Source: a virus
Length of the DNA: 64,000 bases
Reading direction: 5' to 3' (one strand)
IMG/VR virus record: IMGVR_UViG_3300045988_172839
Location: 160,001 to 224,000 of that record
The notes under the pieces were generated by a model. The model searched no databases, had not been told where the DNA came from, and saw only the letters and a list, made by a program, of their open reading frames with translations. Positions 47,448-56,608 of the stretch are shown in pieces (the first letter of the stretch is position 1; every line of letters starts with the position of its first letter). The position numbers and the translations under genes are program-made.

Positions 47448-48116
47448 CTAAGCTACACTCTCAGTTGCAACTGCTTTTTCTTCTGGCAATAATGGATATT
47501 CTCTCGAATCCACAATGTTGGTGCGTTCTTTCTTATTGTCAAAAGCCAACATCAACTCTTTACCAAAGTCCTCAAAGGTGTACTCAATCATAGTGAATTG
47601 CCCTCCATGACCTTCAAACTCAGCAATACAACGTTGCACTAGTTCTACTGCTTTTTCATGAAGCCCACCCATCAACTCGTCTACGACAAACAACATACGG
47701 TGATTGGTAATCTCAGTCAATACTACAGAGAACAGAAAGGCAATGATTTGACCCATACCGTCTCCTGTTTGCTTACCAATCACTAATTCGTTCCATTGAC
47801 CGTTCTTGAACTCCAATAAATTCAAGTGAACTTTCTGAGCTTTCAAGTCGGAAATCAAAGAGAACTTATACACGTTTTCTCCAAAGACCAAAGCCAAAGC
47901 ACGGTTAATGATACCCTCCATATAGTCACGCAAACCTTTTGTACCATCATTGCTCAACATAACAACGTATTGTAAGGCTTTCGCTCTATTCAAGTAGAGA
48001 GTGCGCAAATCTTCTAGTTGTGCAATGTCATCTTGGCGCTTTCTAAGTCTATCCTCTTTCAAGGAGTAGTCTTGTTTAATCGCACCGAGGCGACTTGCGA
48101 ATGTTTCTGAAACCAA
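47448..48116 (-). CDS. sbcC: SbcC/Rad50-type ATPase, C-terminal lobe only
   Basis: Short coiled coil, then signature-like QTGDGMGQIIAF, Walker B MLFVVDE and GGLH (D/H-loop region); no Walker A. Confidence 0.5.
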   Translation of the reverse strand: MVSETFASRLGAIKQDYSLKEDRLRKRQDDIAQLEDLRTLYLNRAKALQYVVMLSNDGTKGLRDYMEGIINRALALVFGENVYKFSLISDLKAQKVHLNLLEFKNGQWNELVIGKQTGDGMGQIIAFLFSVVLTEITNHRMLFVVDELMGGLHEKAVELVQRCIAEFEGHGGQFTMIEYTFEDFGKELMLAFDNKKERTNIVDSREYPLLPEEKAVATESVA

Positions 48117-48149
48117 GGAAACCCTCCTTTTCTATTCACTTACTTAGAT

Positions 48150-49376
48150 TTAGTTACTACTCATAGCAACAGACCAAATGTTAGATGAGTCAAAACTCTT
48201 AATAAAGACAAACTTCCCTGCACCCGCAAATCCAAAGCGAATATCGTCAGCAAACTCACCTTTACCATACAACAAGTAGTCAAAGTAAACTGGGGAAAGT
48301 CCAAATTGGAAACCTCCTAACTCCAACTCCGCTTGGTTACCTTCTGTTACCTTATGCACGTGTTCAATAGGAGCAGTTAAATCCAAGTCTCCATACTTGA
48401 AAGTAATGTTCTTCAAATCCTCAGAAATAATCACTTGAATGCGATCTGCGGACATCAAACCACTTAGAGCGTTAATACGTTTCAAGTACATTTCAACAAG
48501 GGGGCGAGAAAGGGATACCCAAGGTAAATCTCCCAGTTGATCCAAAGAGTTTGGTGGGTAAGCTACATCTGCATCATAAAGGACACCTAGTACAGTAGCG
48601 CCTTGTTTCAAAACAAAGAAGTGTTTTTCTTCATCTTTGTAGAACGAGAACAACCCTTTAGCCAACAAATCTTTCAAAGCAATCAAACTCATTGGACGAA
48701 GACCACCTTCTTCCAAGAAGAAGTCCATGTTGTTCTGAACACTAGGCATATAAGTGTCTTTGTAGAACTCCAAAGCCTTTGTACTTGGGTTGAACATTAA
48801 ATCGTTGTGGATTTCATTCGTTGTTGGAGTGTAAGGAGCTAAGTCATTTAAGGTTTGAATCATATCCTCACGTTGTTGTTCTGTCAACTCAACAAAAGGA
48901 ACCTCTTCATTATCTGCAATGCTAATATACTCCAAACGGTACAAGTCCGAAACATAAAACGGTGGAGTAGTTGCAATGAGAGAAGAGTTGCGAATCTCTT
49001 CATCTTTGTCTGGTAACTTCAAGCTCTCTTGAACCGTGATGGCAACCTCAATATCCGTTAGAGGATGGAAAGTTACGCTCAAAGGAGTTGTCAATTCACT
49101 AGCAGAGTAAGTTGAAATCAATTTTTCCAAAGTCAAAGCTGGTACTTGGAAGTAAATTGGTTCTTCCCCTTCAAATTCTGTAACCTCTACTGCAGAAGTG
49201 GTTACACTTGTTTTTGCAACTACAATATCTGTAAGGGCAAGGAAGGATACCGCACCGCTAGGTTCGACCTTCATAACTACATTCTTGCTCTTAGGGTCAA
49301 TCATAGATCGCTTTACTGTATCAATGAGCAAACGACTTTCTTCTGCTAATGTGTCAAATGCAATTTTTAAAAACAT
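48150..49376 (-). CDS. Hypothetical protein
   Basis: 408 aa between the two Rad50-like halves; no motif recognised (size compatible with a clamp-like protein, unsupported). Confidence 0.6.
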   Translation of the reverse strand: MFLKIAFDTLAEESRLLIDTVKRSMIDPKSKNVVMKVEPSGAVSFLALTDIVVAKTSVTTSAVEVTEFEGEEPIYFQVPALTLEKLISTYSASELTTPLSVTFHPLTDIEVAITVQESLKLPDKDEEIRNSSLIATTPPFYVSDLYRLEYISIADNEEVPFVELTEQQREDMIQTLNDLAPYTPTTNEIHNDLMFNPSTKALEFYKDTYMPSVQNNMDFFLEEGGLRPMSLIALKDLLAKGLFSFYKDEEKHFFVLKQGATVLGVLYDADVAYPPNSLDQLGDLPWVSLSRPLVEMYLKRINALSGLMSADRIQVIISEDLKNITFKYGDLDLTAPIEHVHKVTEGNQAELELGGFQFGLSPVYFDYLLYGKGEFADDIRFGFAGAGKFVFIKSFDSSNIWSVAMSSN

Positions 49377-49392
49377 AACTTAAATGCACCCC

Positions 49393-50145
49393 TTAATCTA
49401 ATTTGAAGCCTTGTTCCCAAGAAGCAGTGTCAAATCCTGCAAAGGGATTGGTGTCTGCGCTTGGTGTCGATTTAGGCGTTTCCTCAACTTTAGGAACGTC
49501 TACCTCTACAGTTTCAGTTGGAGTTGCACTACCAAATACACCACTCAACAAATCAACTGCGCTTGTATCTGTATTTGAAGGGGTTTCTACACTAGTTGGA
49601 ATTTCTACGGTGTTTGGGGATACCACTTGCTCTTCCTTAGTTGGAACCGTTTCTTCAAATTTAAGTTCCTTTGCAGGTTCTGGAATAAGTGGAGAGTCCC
49701 CTTTTGCAATATCAACAACTGCATCGTTTTCCAACATTTGAGCAGTCATCTCTTTTGCTTCTGCTTTGACTTCTTTGCTATCTGCTACTTCAACATCATA
49801 AGAAACCGCAGACACATCTTCTCCTGTAATTTCTTTAATGGTATCATAGTCTTTCTTTTCAACCGCTTCAAAGAACTTCTCTAAGCGCTCTGCTTCAGCA
49901 ACTTTCTCAGCCAAGATTTTACTTGCAAGTGCTTTGTAAGCTTCAATCGACTCTTTTGTGAACTCTGTTTCACTAGCGAGTTCCATTTTAATCGGATACC
50001 CAAGGGAGTTGAGGATTTCAACTTCTTTCAAAATCGCTTGAACACGAGCCTTTTTAGACCCTCGAATTTCTTGCTCTTTGCGGTTATGCTCCAATGCTTG
50101 TTTATTTAGAGACTCTAATCGAGCCAATGTTTGTTCTACTGACAT
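49393..50145 (-). CDS. Hypothetical coiled-coil protein with acidic Pro/Thr/Glu-rich tail
   Basis: 250-aa tiling ORF. Confidence 0.6.
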   Translation of the reverse strand: MSVEQTLARLESLNKQALEHNRKEQEIRGSKKARVQAILKEVEILNSLGYPIKMELASETEFTKESIEAYKALASKILAEKVAEAERLEKFFEAVEKKDYDTIKEITGEDVSAVSYDVEVADSKEVKAEAKEMTAQMLENDAVVDIAKGDSPLIPEPAKELKFEETVPTKEEQVVSPNTVEIPTSVETPSNTDTSAVDLLSGVFGSATPTETVEVDVPKVEETPKSTPSADTNPFAGFDTASWEQGFKLD

Positions 50146-50267
50146 TTTATGTCCTTCCTATTTTCTTCTTGTTTTCTTCGTTTTTCACTTCTTATCGAAA
50201 ACTTTACAACTTCAATCATTAAGTAGAAGAGTTGAAAAGTAATCAACAAACCTACTGCAATTAACAT
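50136..50267 (-). CDS. Small membrane peptide (43 aa), tentative
   Basis: Own reading: MLIAVGLLITFQLFYLMIEVV + basic tail; fills the gap but has no clear RBS. Confidence 0.3.
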   Translation of the reverse strand: MLIAVGLLITFQLFYLMIEVVKFSIRSEKRRKQEENRKDIKCQ

Positions 50268-50286
50268 ATTCACAACGAAATAATAG

Positions 50287-51324
50287 TTAATTAAGCGCTA
50301 AATAATACTTAATCAAGTCCTTAATCTCTGGTTCCAAGACCATAAGATTTAAGCGTTCTGAAAGGGATACCCCTGCCCAGTTAAAATCTCTCAAACCTTC
50401 TAAGGCTTCTGAAAGTTGAGCTTGTTTCCCTTCTGCTTTGACTTGTTCTGCTACTGACCCTTCTGTATCTTCCAAGAAAATCTCAGAAGGTGGTTTTAAT
50501 TCAAAAACTTGTGGGTCAAAGTGAACCTCTGGTAAGCCTGTGTGTGGGTTTTTACGCATCTTCACTACTGCACACCATACAAAGCTATAATCTTCTGAGC
50601 GTTTCGGTCTTGCCATGCAGCCTAAGTTCATAAAGGCACACTTCGTACCACCCTCAGTCTTAAAGGCTTTCAATTCACTAGGTTGATGAATATGACCATT
50701 TAAAATTAAGTCCACACCATAAAAAGGTTCATGTGTTGTTAAGTCAATCGCTTCCGGATTGTTTGTAAAGTTTGTTAAACCAACTCGAAAATCGTAGTGA
50801 GTTATCGCAATATTAGTGACACCTTCTACAATATCCAATTTCTCAAACTCTTTCCCATAAGGAACATAGTGGAAAACCACTCTCATAGGCTCATTTGTAT
50901 CTGGATCAATTAAGTCTGGTGACTCTAACATCACTCGACCTACTTGTTTATCTTCATCTGCTAGATGTGCAGGGGAGTCAAAGTAACCCAAGGACGACAA
51001 GAACAAATAGTCATTACGCTCTTCCGACCCATGTAAATCATGGTTTCCTCGGTTAATAACCTTGTGACCTTTAATTGAGTCCAAGAATTTCATAGTGCGA
51101 CTTAGCATAATGCGGTCGCCAGAGAGCCACGATACCCCTGTGCGGACTCCAATAAAGTCGCCTGTTTCATTATATAACTCTGGCTCAAGGAGTTGAACTC
51201 TCTCCAAAGTTTTATCCATACAATAATAACAGTTCTCTTGGTAATTTATATGTTGACCTCTGTACACATTTTCAATGTGGCGGTCACCAAAAGTAACTGA
51301 GGTGTTGCCTATTACTGTTTTCAA
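50287..51324 (-). CDS. sbcD: SbcD/Mre11-like metallophosphoesterase nuclease
   Basis: FGDRH (motif I), SGDR (II), GNHDLHG (III), LNGHIHQP (V); TTG start after GAGAGG. Confidence 0.7.
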   Translation of the reverse strand: MKTVIGNTSVTFGDRHIENVYRGQHINYQENCYYCMDKTLERVQLLEPELYNETGDFIGVRTGVSWLSGDRIMLSRTMKFLDSIKGHKVINRGNHDLHGSEERNDYLFLSSLGYFDSPAHLADEDKQVGRVMLESPDLIDPDTNEPMRVVFHYVPYGKEFEKLDIVEGVTNIAITHYDFRVGLTNFTNNPEAIDLTTHEPFYGVDLILNGHIHQPSELKAFKTEGGTKCAFMNLGCMARPKRSEDYSFVWCAVVKMRKNPHTGLPEVHFDPQVFELKPPSEIFLEDTEGSVAEQVKAEGKQAQLSEALEGLRDFNWAGVSLSERLNLMVLEPEIKDLIKYYLALN

Positions 51325-51436
51325 ATATACTTACCTCTCAAAATGCTCTCATTTGCTCTCTATTCGAGTTTAAATCTCAGAGGTAGAAATAGACCTAAAA
51401 GGATTTAAAATCAAATCTGAGCCAATCTGAGACTTC

Positions 51437-52885
51437 CTAGCTATGCTCATGTGGACTTACTACAGTCGAACCAATTTCAAAAGGTTCTGTAATCGAAAGA
51501 TGACCACAGTGTGAGCAGACACCAACGGGATACCCTTGAGTTTTTAGTTCTTGTAAGAGTTCTTCGCTTTCTTTAAAGCAAGACTCTTTCTCTGAACCTT
51601 CAAGTTCTAATTGTTTGTTCAAAGTTTCCAATTCTGAGAACTGAGACTCTAAAGCTAAGAGAGATAGAACTTCCTCACTTCTGCTTTCTTCAATCAAACC
51701 AAAGCTAGGTGCAGTGTTCAAATCCTCAATAGCTGAGTTCAAAGTTGAAATAACTTCCAAAACTTGAGTAGAAGAGCTACTAGGAGCTTGACCGAAACTT
51801 TCAATCTCGTTTAAAGCAGTTAAACCTTTTGAAATCTTATCGAGAGTTGCTAAACCACTTAAATTAACAATTTCAACAAGAGGTAAGGAAATCTCTGAAC
51901 CAAACTCTTTTAACTTAGTCTGAATAGAATGAACTTGATTAAGTGCTTTTAAATTAACCCCATCAATCGTAGTTGTACCTTCCAACTCAGACATAGCTTT
52001 CAAATTGCTTGCGATTGTAAGGATACCCTCAGAGCCTTTTTCCAACTGTTCAAAAGCATTTGTTTGACTCTCTAACTGTCGAATAACTTCTTTCGTTAAG
52101 TGTCTACGCTCTACAATATCTTGAGAATAGACTCGGATACGACCCTCTACAACCTCTAACTGTTGGAAAGTCTCCTTGTTATCATCCGTCATTTGTTTAA
52201 TCGCTTGCTCCGCAGTCTCTAAGTCCGCAGCTTGCGATAACATCTTATTGAGTGAAGCTGGTGATTGTTCCAAAACTGGAAGACCTTCTGCCCCCCTCAT
52301 TAAATTCAAATAACGACCTCCAACCTCTGCTAAGTTGAAGTAGCGCTTCAAGAAACTTGGGGTTTCCCCAACTTTTACAAAGCGACCATCTACAAGGGTG
52401 TTATACACCTCTTTGCGAGTGCCATCTTCGTTCAAGTACACTCTATAACCGTTCTTAAACGTAGAGCGAGGACTCAAACTCGTTCGAGTTAAATAATATT
52501 CAACCTCTAACCCATCAGACCAAAAGGTTGTAATCTTTGCTTCTAATGCTCCATGCTTAATAAAGCCTTTCGCCAGTTGCAAGCCAATACCCTTAGTGGT
52601 TAGGTTGTATTCCAAAGCCTTTAAAGCATTGGACTTCCCAGTTGAGTTGAAAGCCTTAAGCAACAACACCCAATGAGAACCAAACTCAAAGCGTTCTTTC
52701 TCATACTGAGCAAAGTTTTCAATCTCCCAAGCCAACAACTTAGCTTTCTGACCTCTAGCAATAATACCCTCTAGGTAATTACGGTGTTCTTCCGAGTCAA
52801 ATAGTGAAGTTTGTTTCAACTCACTTTTGCTCTCACCCTTACTCACCTGTAGGTCAGCAAATAGTTCATCTACTACTGTTGCCAA
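51437..52885 (-). CDS. sbcC: SbcC/Rad50-type ATPase, N-terminal lobe + coiled coil + zinc hook
   Basis: Walker A AFNSTGKSNALKALEY, long coiled coil, terminal CSHCGH (CxxC hook). Track start 52981 overlaps terminator hairpins; TTG 52885 after GAAAGGAAG is likelier. Confidence 0.6.
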   Translation of the reverse strand: MATVVDELFADLQVSKGESKSELKQTSLFDSEEHRNYLEGIIARGQKAKLLAWEIENFAQYEKERFEFGSHWVLLLKAFNSTGKSNALKALEYNLTTKGIGLQLAKGFIKHGALEAKITTFWSDGLEVEYYLTRTSLSPRSTFKNGYRVYLNEDGTRKEVYNTLVDGRFVKVGETPSFLKRYFNLAEVGGRYLNLMRGAEGLPVLEQSPASLNKMLSQAADLETAEQAIKQMTDDNKETFQQLEVVEGRIRVYSQDIVERRHLTKEVIRQLESQTNAFEQLEKGSEGILTIASNLKAMSELEGTTTIDGVNLKALNQVHSIQTKLKEFGSEISLPLVEIVNLSGLATLDKISKGLTALNEIESFGQAPSSSSTQVLEVISTLNSAIEDLNTAPSFGLIEESRSEEVLSLLALESQFSELETLNKQLELEGSEKESCFKESEELLQELKTQGYPVGVCSHCGHLSITEPFEIGSTVVSPHEHS

Positions 52886-52910
52886 ATTTGTTCTTCCTTT
52901 CTTCTTTATC

Positions 52911-52972
52911 TTCGCAAAATTCCTAGAAAAGGCTAGGAACTTAGAGAAAACAAAGAAATTTCTTTCTTTGTT
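52911..52972 (-). terminator. Tandem terminator hairpins downstream of 53079-54455
   Basis: 10-bp stem AACAAAGAAA/TTTCTTTGTT (52949-52972), then 7-bp stem TTCCTAG/CTAGGAA followed by TTTT (52911-52939). Confidence 0.55.
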
Positions 52973-53078
52973 AAAGGTCAAACCATAGTTAGTTTGACCT
53001 TCTCGGTTTTATGAGACATACCCCTCTACCAATTAAGGAGAGTTTAAAGGCTAATAACTCTTAATGATAGAGTTTTCC

Positions 53079-54455
53079 TTATTCTTCAGCTCCAAAGTCC
53101 AAAGCACTAGCTGGGTCAACGTCTACACCCGGAGGAAGTTGACTCGCGTTTGCACCTAGACGGTTCGCTGCAGAATTTGTGATAGGGTTGGCAGAACCCC
53201 CTGCTGCTACACCTTTTTTAAGGTTTTCAGCAGTTGTTTGAATGTTCTCAACCTCAGCTTTCACTTTGTCAAGACCACCATACATTTTATCCAACTTCTC
53301 GTTTACCTCTTCGTCAGAAAGCAATTCGCAGTTACGAACTGTTTGTACAAGGTAAAGAGCGTTATAGTGAGCTTGAGCTTCCTTGTCCCACTGCTCTTGA
53401 AGACCAAGGTATTCAGTCAAATCGTACAAGTCAGTGAACGGAGCCACTTTTTGCATGATTTGAATGTTCAATGAAGCACCTGATTTAGAGTCTTCACTTT
53501 CGTAAGAAGCTCCACCGTTCTTCTTAGCTTTTGCAAGAGCTTGTTCATCAATCTCATAATTGAAGAGAACGAAGAACCCACCAAGTTCAGTGATACCCGG
53601 TTGTTGCGCTTGCAATTCAAAAGCTTTCATTAATTTCTCAGTGAAAGCTTTTGTAGTAAGCTTATGCCACTTCAACTCACCTTCAATCGTGTGAGCAAAC
53701 TCACGTTCTGCAAACATTTGATTTCCTTCGTTATCAAGCAAAGGCGCACCTGTACTTTCGTAACGTGGAATTTGTTTTTTCACAGACGTTGGGTTTCCAG
53801 CTTCATCAAGCAAAGGATGTGTTTCTGGCGTAGTTGTAAACTTGCCATGTGCGTCCTTTGTAGTTGGAATTACCACAATAGGGAACCACATATCTGAGTT
53901 ATTTTGAACTTGCAAGAACACATACTCCATGAAGTTTTTAGTGAAGTCTTTTTCTTCTTTATACTGAGGGTCACTTGCAACCAACTCAGCTACAGAAGAA
54001 TACCCTTGACGAGCTACTTCAAGCTCAATTTTCGCACGGCGCATGTCAAATGCTGCTGAAATGTAGTCACGAAGGTACTCATTGTTACCTGATTGACCGT
54101 AAGGTGCGAAGACACGGTTTTCCTCTTTTGCTTCCTCAAAGTAAGGCATTGAACCTGCCCAGTTGTTATCTTTGTCACCATTGTTAAATTTCTTCATAGT
54201 AACACTACGCATAGGTACACGGAAAGGAATCAAATCACCTTTCTCGTCAACAGTTGGGAAGCCCATGCGAGGGATGTAAACCAAAAGTTTTTGGTTTGTG
54301 TAACCGTCCTTCGCACGGTTAAAGATTTGGATACCGAGTTCTTCTCCAAGTTCAGTGAGTGGAGAACGTTTAGCACCCGCAGTATCTTTTGCAAGGACAG
54401 CTTGCATTTGAGCCATTTGCTCTTGCGAAATTTTTGTCAAGTCTAGTTTTACCAT
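53079..54455 (-). CDS. Hypothetical protein, probably highly expressed (possible ssDNA-binding protein)
   Basis: 458 aa; GAGGT RBS; 1.5-kb leader from a consensus promoter; tandem terminators downstream; acidic C-terminal tail DPASALDFGAEE reminiscent of SSB tails (weak). Confidence 0.65.
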   Translation of the reverse strand: MVKLDLTKISQEQMAQMQAVLAKDTAGAKRSPLTELGEELGIQIFNRAKDGYTNQKLLVYIPRMGFPTVDEKGDLIPFRVPMRSVTMKKFNNGDKDNNWAGSMPYFEEAKEENRVFAPYGQSGNNEYLRDYISAAFDMRRAKIELEVARQGYSSVAELVASDPQYKEEKDFTKNFMEYVFLQVQNNSDMWFPIVVIPTTKDAHGKFTTTPETHPLLDEAGNPTSVKKQIPRYESTGAPLLDNEGNQMFAEREFAHTIEGELKWHKLTTKAFTEKLMKAFELQAQQPGITELGGFFVLFNYEIDEQALAKAKKNGGASYESEDSKSGASLNIQIMQKVAPFTDLYDLTEYLGLQEQWDKEAQAHYNALYLVQTVRNCELLSDEEVNEKLDKMYGGLDKVKAEVENIQTTAENLKKGVAAGGSANPITNSAANRLGANASQLPPGVDVDPASALDFGAEE

Positions 54456-55935
54456 GTTTGTTTTACCTCAAGTTTTTCTAAGCAATAATTAGCATTATTT
54501 AGTAATTTAAAGCAATTTCTAAGCAATTTAAAGCATTTTAAGCAATGTGTAACTACCGTTAGTCTTTTGTTTCTTTTGTAAAGCTTTCTATTCAGTATCT
54601 TTAGTAAAGTAAAATCTGCTAGTTTAACTAACAGTATGTAACCAAATTTTTGAAAGAGGAATTACTAAGCAACCAAATCAATTAACCAACAAATTAACAA
54701 AATCTTAGTCTATCATCCAGACCTAACGATAGTTGTGCCTTTTGAGGTAATCTCATAAAACCAACAGTGCGACTTCTCAGCCGGACTTAAAAAGCCAACG
54801 AAAAAGGACACCCTTAACAGTGGTTACGGTAGTCTCTACATTGGCTTTGCCTGTCATCACGACGGTCAAATAAATTAAGTGTCCTGTACGGACTTCAGTA
54901 AGCTAAACTTACTTATAAGTCATAAGCCTTTTACAACTTATGACCTGAAAAAATTTGGAAAGGAAATAGTTCAACGAGAACCACTCGGAGCTAGGAAAAT
55001 AAACCTAAAAACTAGCTCCTATAACCTAAAGACCTTTTACAATCTCTAAGTTTGAAAAGAAAGGGACAACTATGCGTTATCTAAATTGGTGAACCAAAAT
55101 TCAACCATAAATCACAAATCTTTTATAATTGGTGACCTAATAGGTTCAAAGGGTTGTTACAAATGTTAAAAACAGATATAAATGTACCATTCAATTCTTA
55201 ACGCTCCACAATAACTTGCTTTGCAAGTTATTGTTTCCGCTAAAGGCATCCTACGATACCCCTAAACCCGCTCTTAAATAAAGATAAGATATAGGTTTAC
55301 ATTTAAAAGTTAAATTTAAGTTTTTAAACCTCGTCAGATAAATAAGTCTCAAAGACCAAGGACGGTGGGTTTTATTTGTATTCAAATGAATACAAAGATT
55401 ACTTAATTTATTTAACCTTTAAAATACAATTAAAGAAAAGGTATTAAGATAAACTTAACTACCCTTGTGAAAGAAAAGAATAAACTTTTCCTCACAATGA
55501 GCTTTGAACCTTTTACAATTCAAAGCCCTGAACCAAAATAAATACTAGGAGAACATCAATGAGCAAACAAAGTCACGCATTAAACATTCTAAGAGGAGGG
55601 AACCAATCTCCTCTAAAAGTTGCAGACCTCTTACAATCTACAACTCAAAAAGAAAAGAAGAAATTCTAAGATTTCTTTTGGTAAGGATGAGAAAACCTTA
55701 CCTATCACATAACAACTGATTAAAGTTGCTATATGCACTACTTAATAGGAGAATCAAGTATGGAAAAATTAAGAAGTTTTGTTCAAATATTGAACACCCT
55801 ACAAAATTGTAGGTATTAGTTGCAAACCTTTTACAATCTGCAACCACAACTAAATAATATAAGGAGTGCTTACCTAACGGTAAAGTGAGCTACTTTATTA
55901 AAAATAGATCACAGTAAAGTATTTATCAACTTTAC
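54456..55935 (-). ncRNA. Long structured 5' leader or ncRNA with 5-6 hairpins bearing loop UUGUAAAAGG
   Basis: No ORF of 60 aa or more; consensus promoter at 55942-55970; hairpins at 54919-54944, 55025-55050, (55111-55136), 55501-55526, 55619-55644, 55819-55844; stem mismatches become G-U pairs only on the minus-strand RNA. Confidence 0.45.
54479..54548. repeat. Seven AGCAAT-like hexamers at 10-11 bp spacing
   Basis: AGCAAT 54481, AGCATT 54491, AGTAAT 54501, AGCAAT 54511, 54522, AGCATT 54532, AGCAAT 54541; 25-90 nt upstream of the 54455 start codon. Confidence 0.8.
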
Positions 55936-55941
55936 TTATTT

Positions 55942-55970
55942 AGTATATCACAAAAAGTAAGGTGTGTCAA
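55942..55970 (-). promoter_or_regulatory. Near-consensus promoter at the head of the 1.5-kb ORF-free leader
   Basis: TTGACA-17 nt-(TGA)TATACT on the minus strand, 44 nt downstream of the 56014 stop. Confidence 0.7.
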
Positions 55971-56013
55971 GAGTTTTCTTTACTTTTTACTACTTTTTCT
56001 ATTCTATAGTTTT

Positions 56014-56352
56014 TTAACGAATGCGTTCCAAACGCAAATGTACGACTACATTATCTTTGTAATCTGTGCGGTCAATGTCACGTTGCAAACGGTAAGAAAT
56101 GTAATGCTCCGCAATTTGGAGATATCCATTTGAGAGGAGTTTGTTTTCTACCAAAGCTTGAACCATAGAAATGGTAATATTCCCAGAGTGAGACTCTTCT
56201 AACTCTACTTCAACACTCTTAGCAATTTTAGCTAAATTCTGTCTCAAATCATCACTCACTACAAATACAGACTGCGCTGCTTTAATCAAAGCACCGTAAA
56301 TCTTATTAGCGTCAAAACCCTCTAATTGACCGTTACGTTTTACAATTTTCAT
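56014..56352 (-). CDS. Stand-alone ATP-cone domain protein
   Basis: MKIVKRNGQLEGFDANKIYGALIKAA matches the V.KR.G....F...KI ATP-cone start of NrdR/RNR regulators. Confidence 0.6.
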   Translation of the reverse strand: MKIVKRNGQLEGFDANKIYGALIKAAQSVFVVSDDLRQNLAKIAKSVEVELEESHSGNITISMVQALVENKLLSNGYLQIAEHYISYRLQRDIDRTDYKDNVVVHLRLERIR

Positions 56353-56371
56353 GTGTTACCTGCTTTCATTT

Positions 56372-56608
56372 TTAATTTTTATAATCGCGAATAAAACGAC
56401 CATCTACAAATTGGTCTACTGAACTAAAGTTGATTAAGTGAGGAGCATCCTCAGAAATGTACTCTATCTTAATCGAATCTGTATCGCTACAATAAACAAT
56501 GTCTGTAACCATTATTGCTACAGGCTCAAACTCAACAGTCAACCACTCAGAACCAATACCAATCCAGTTTTTCCAATAGTTTATCTTATCTTCTATAGTT
56601 ACTTCCAT
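56372..56608 (-). CDS. DUF1653-like small protein
   Basis: Paralog of 56586-56864; ends ...FSSVDQFVDGRFIRDY. Confidence 0.5.
   Translation of the reverse strand: MEVTIEDKINYWKNWIGIGSEWLTVEFEPVAIMVTDIVYCSDTDSIKIEYISEDAPHLINFSSVDQFVDGRFIRDYKN

Noticed and set aside
21242-52981. Long N-terminal extensions of track ORFs (22105, 24062, 25195, 29570, 47046, 52981, 60744, 62636, 5897)
   Set aside because: The extensions run across consensus promoters, terminator hairpins, tandem DNA repeats or the 3' end of the upstream gene. Internal starts with good RBS give cleaner gene junctions.
55559-55669. Plus-strand small ORFs with good SD in the leader: a 36-aa ORF (AGGAGA-6 nt-ATG at 55559), a 19-aa ORF at 55760, and MRYP... 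peptides at 13760 and 13910
   Set aside because: I found no plus-strand promoter. The hairpin wobble pairs favour a minus-strand RNA. The MRYP starts are simply ATGA fused to the GATACC motif. I keep this as an alternative reading only.
12992-56013. tRNA or rRNA genes in the three ORF-free regions (12992-13979, 17034-18665, 54456-56013). Strings such as ATTAGATACCC resemble the 16S rRNA 790-loop region.
   Set aside because: I could fold no cloverleaf with a T-loop (GTTCRANYC) and acceptor stem on either strand. The 16S-like string is just the ubiquitous GATACC hexamer with its usual flanks, with no extended rRNA similarity.
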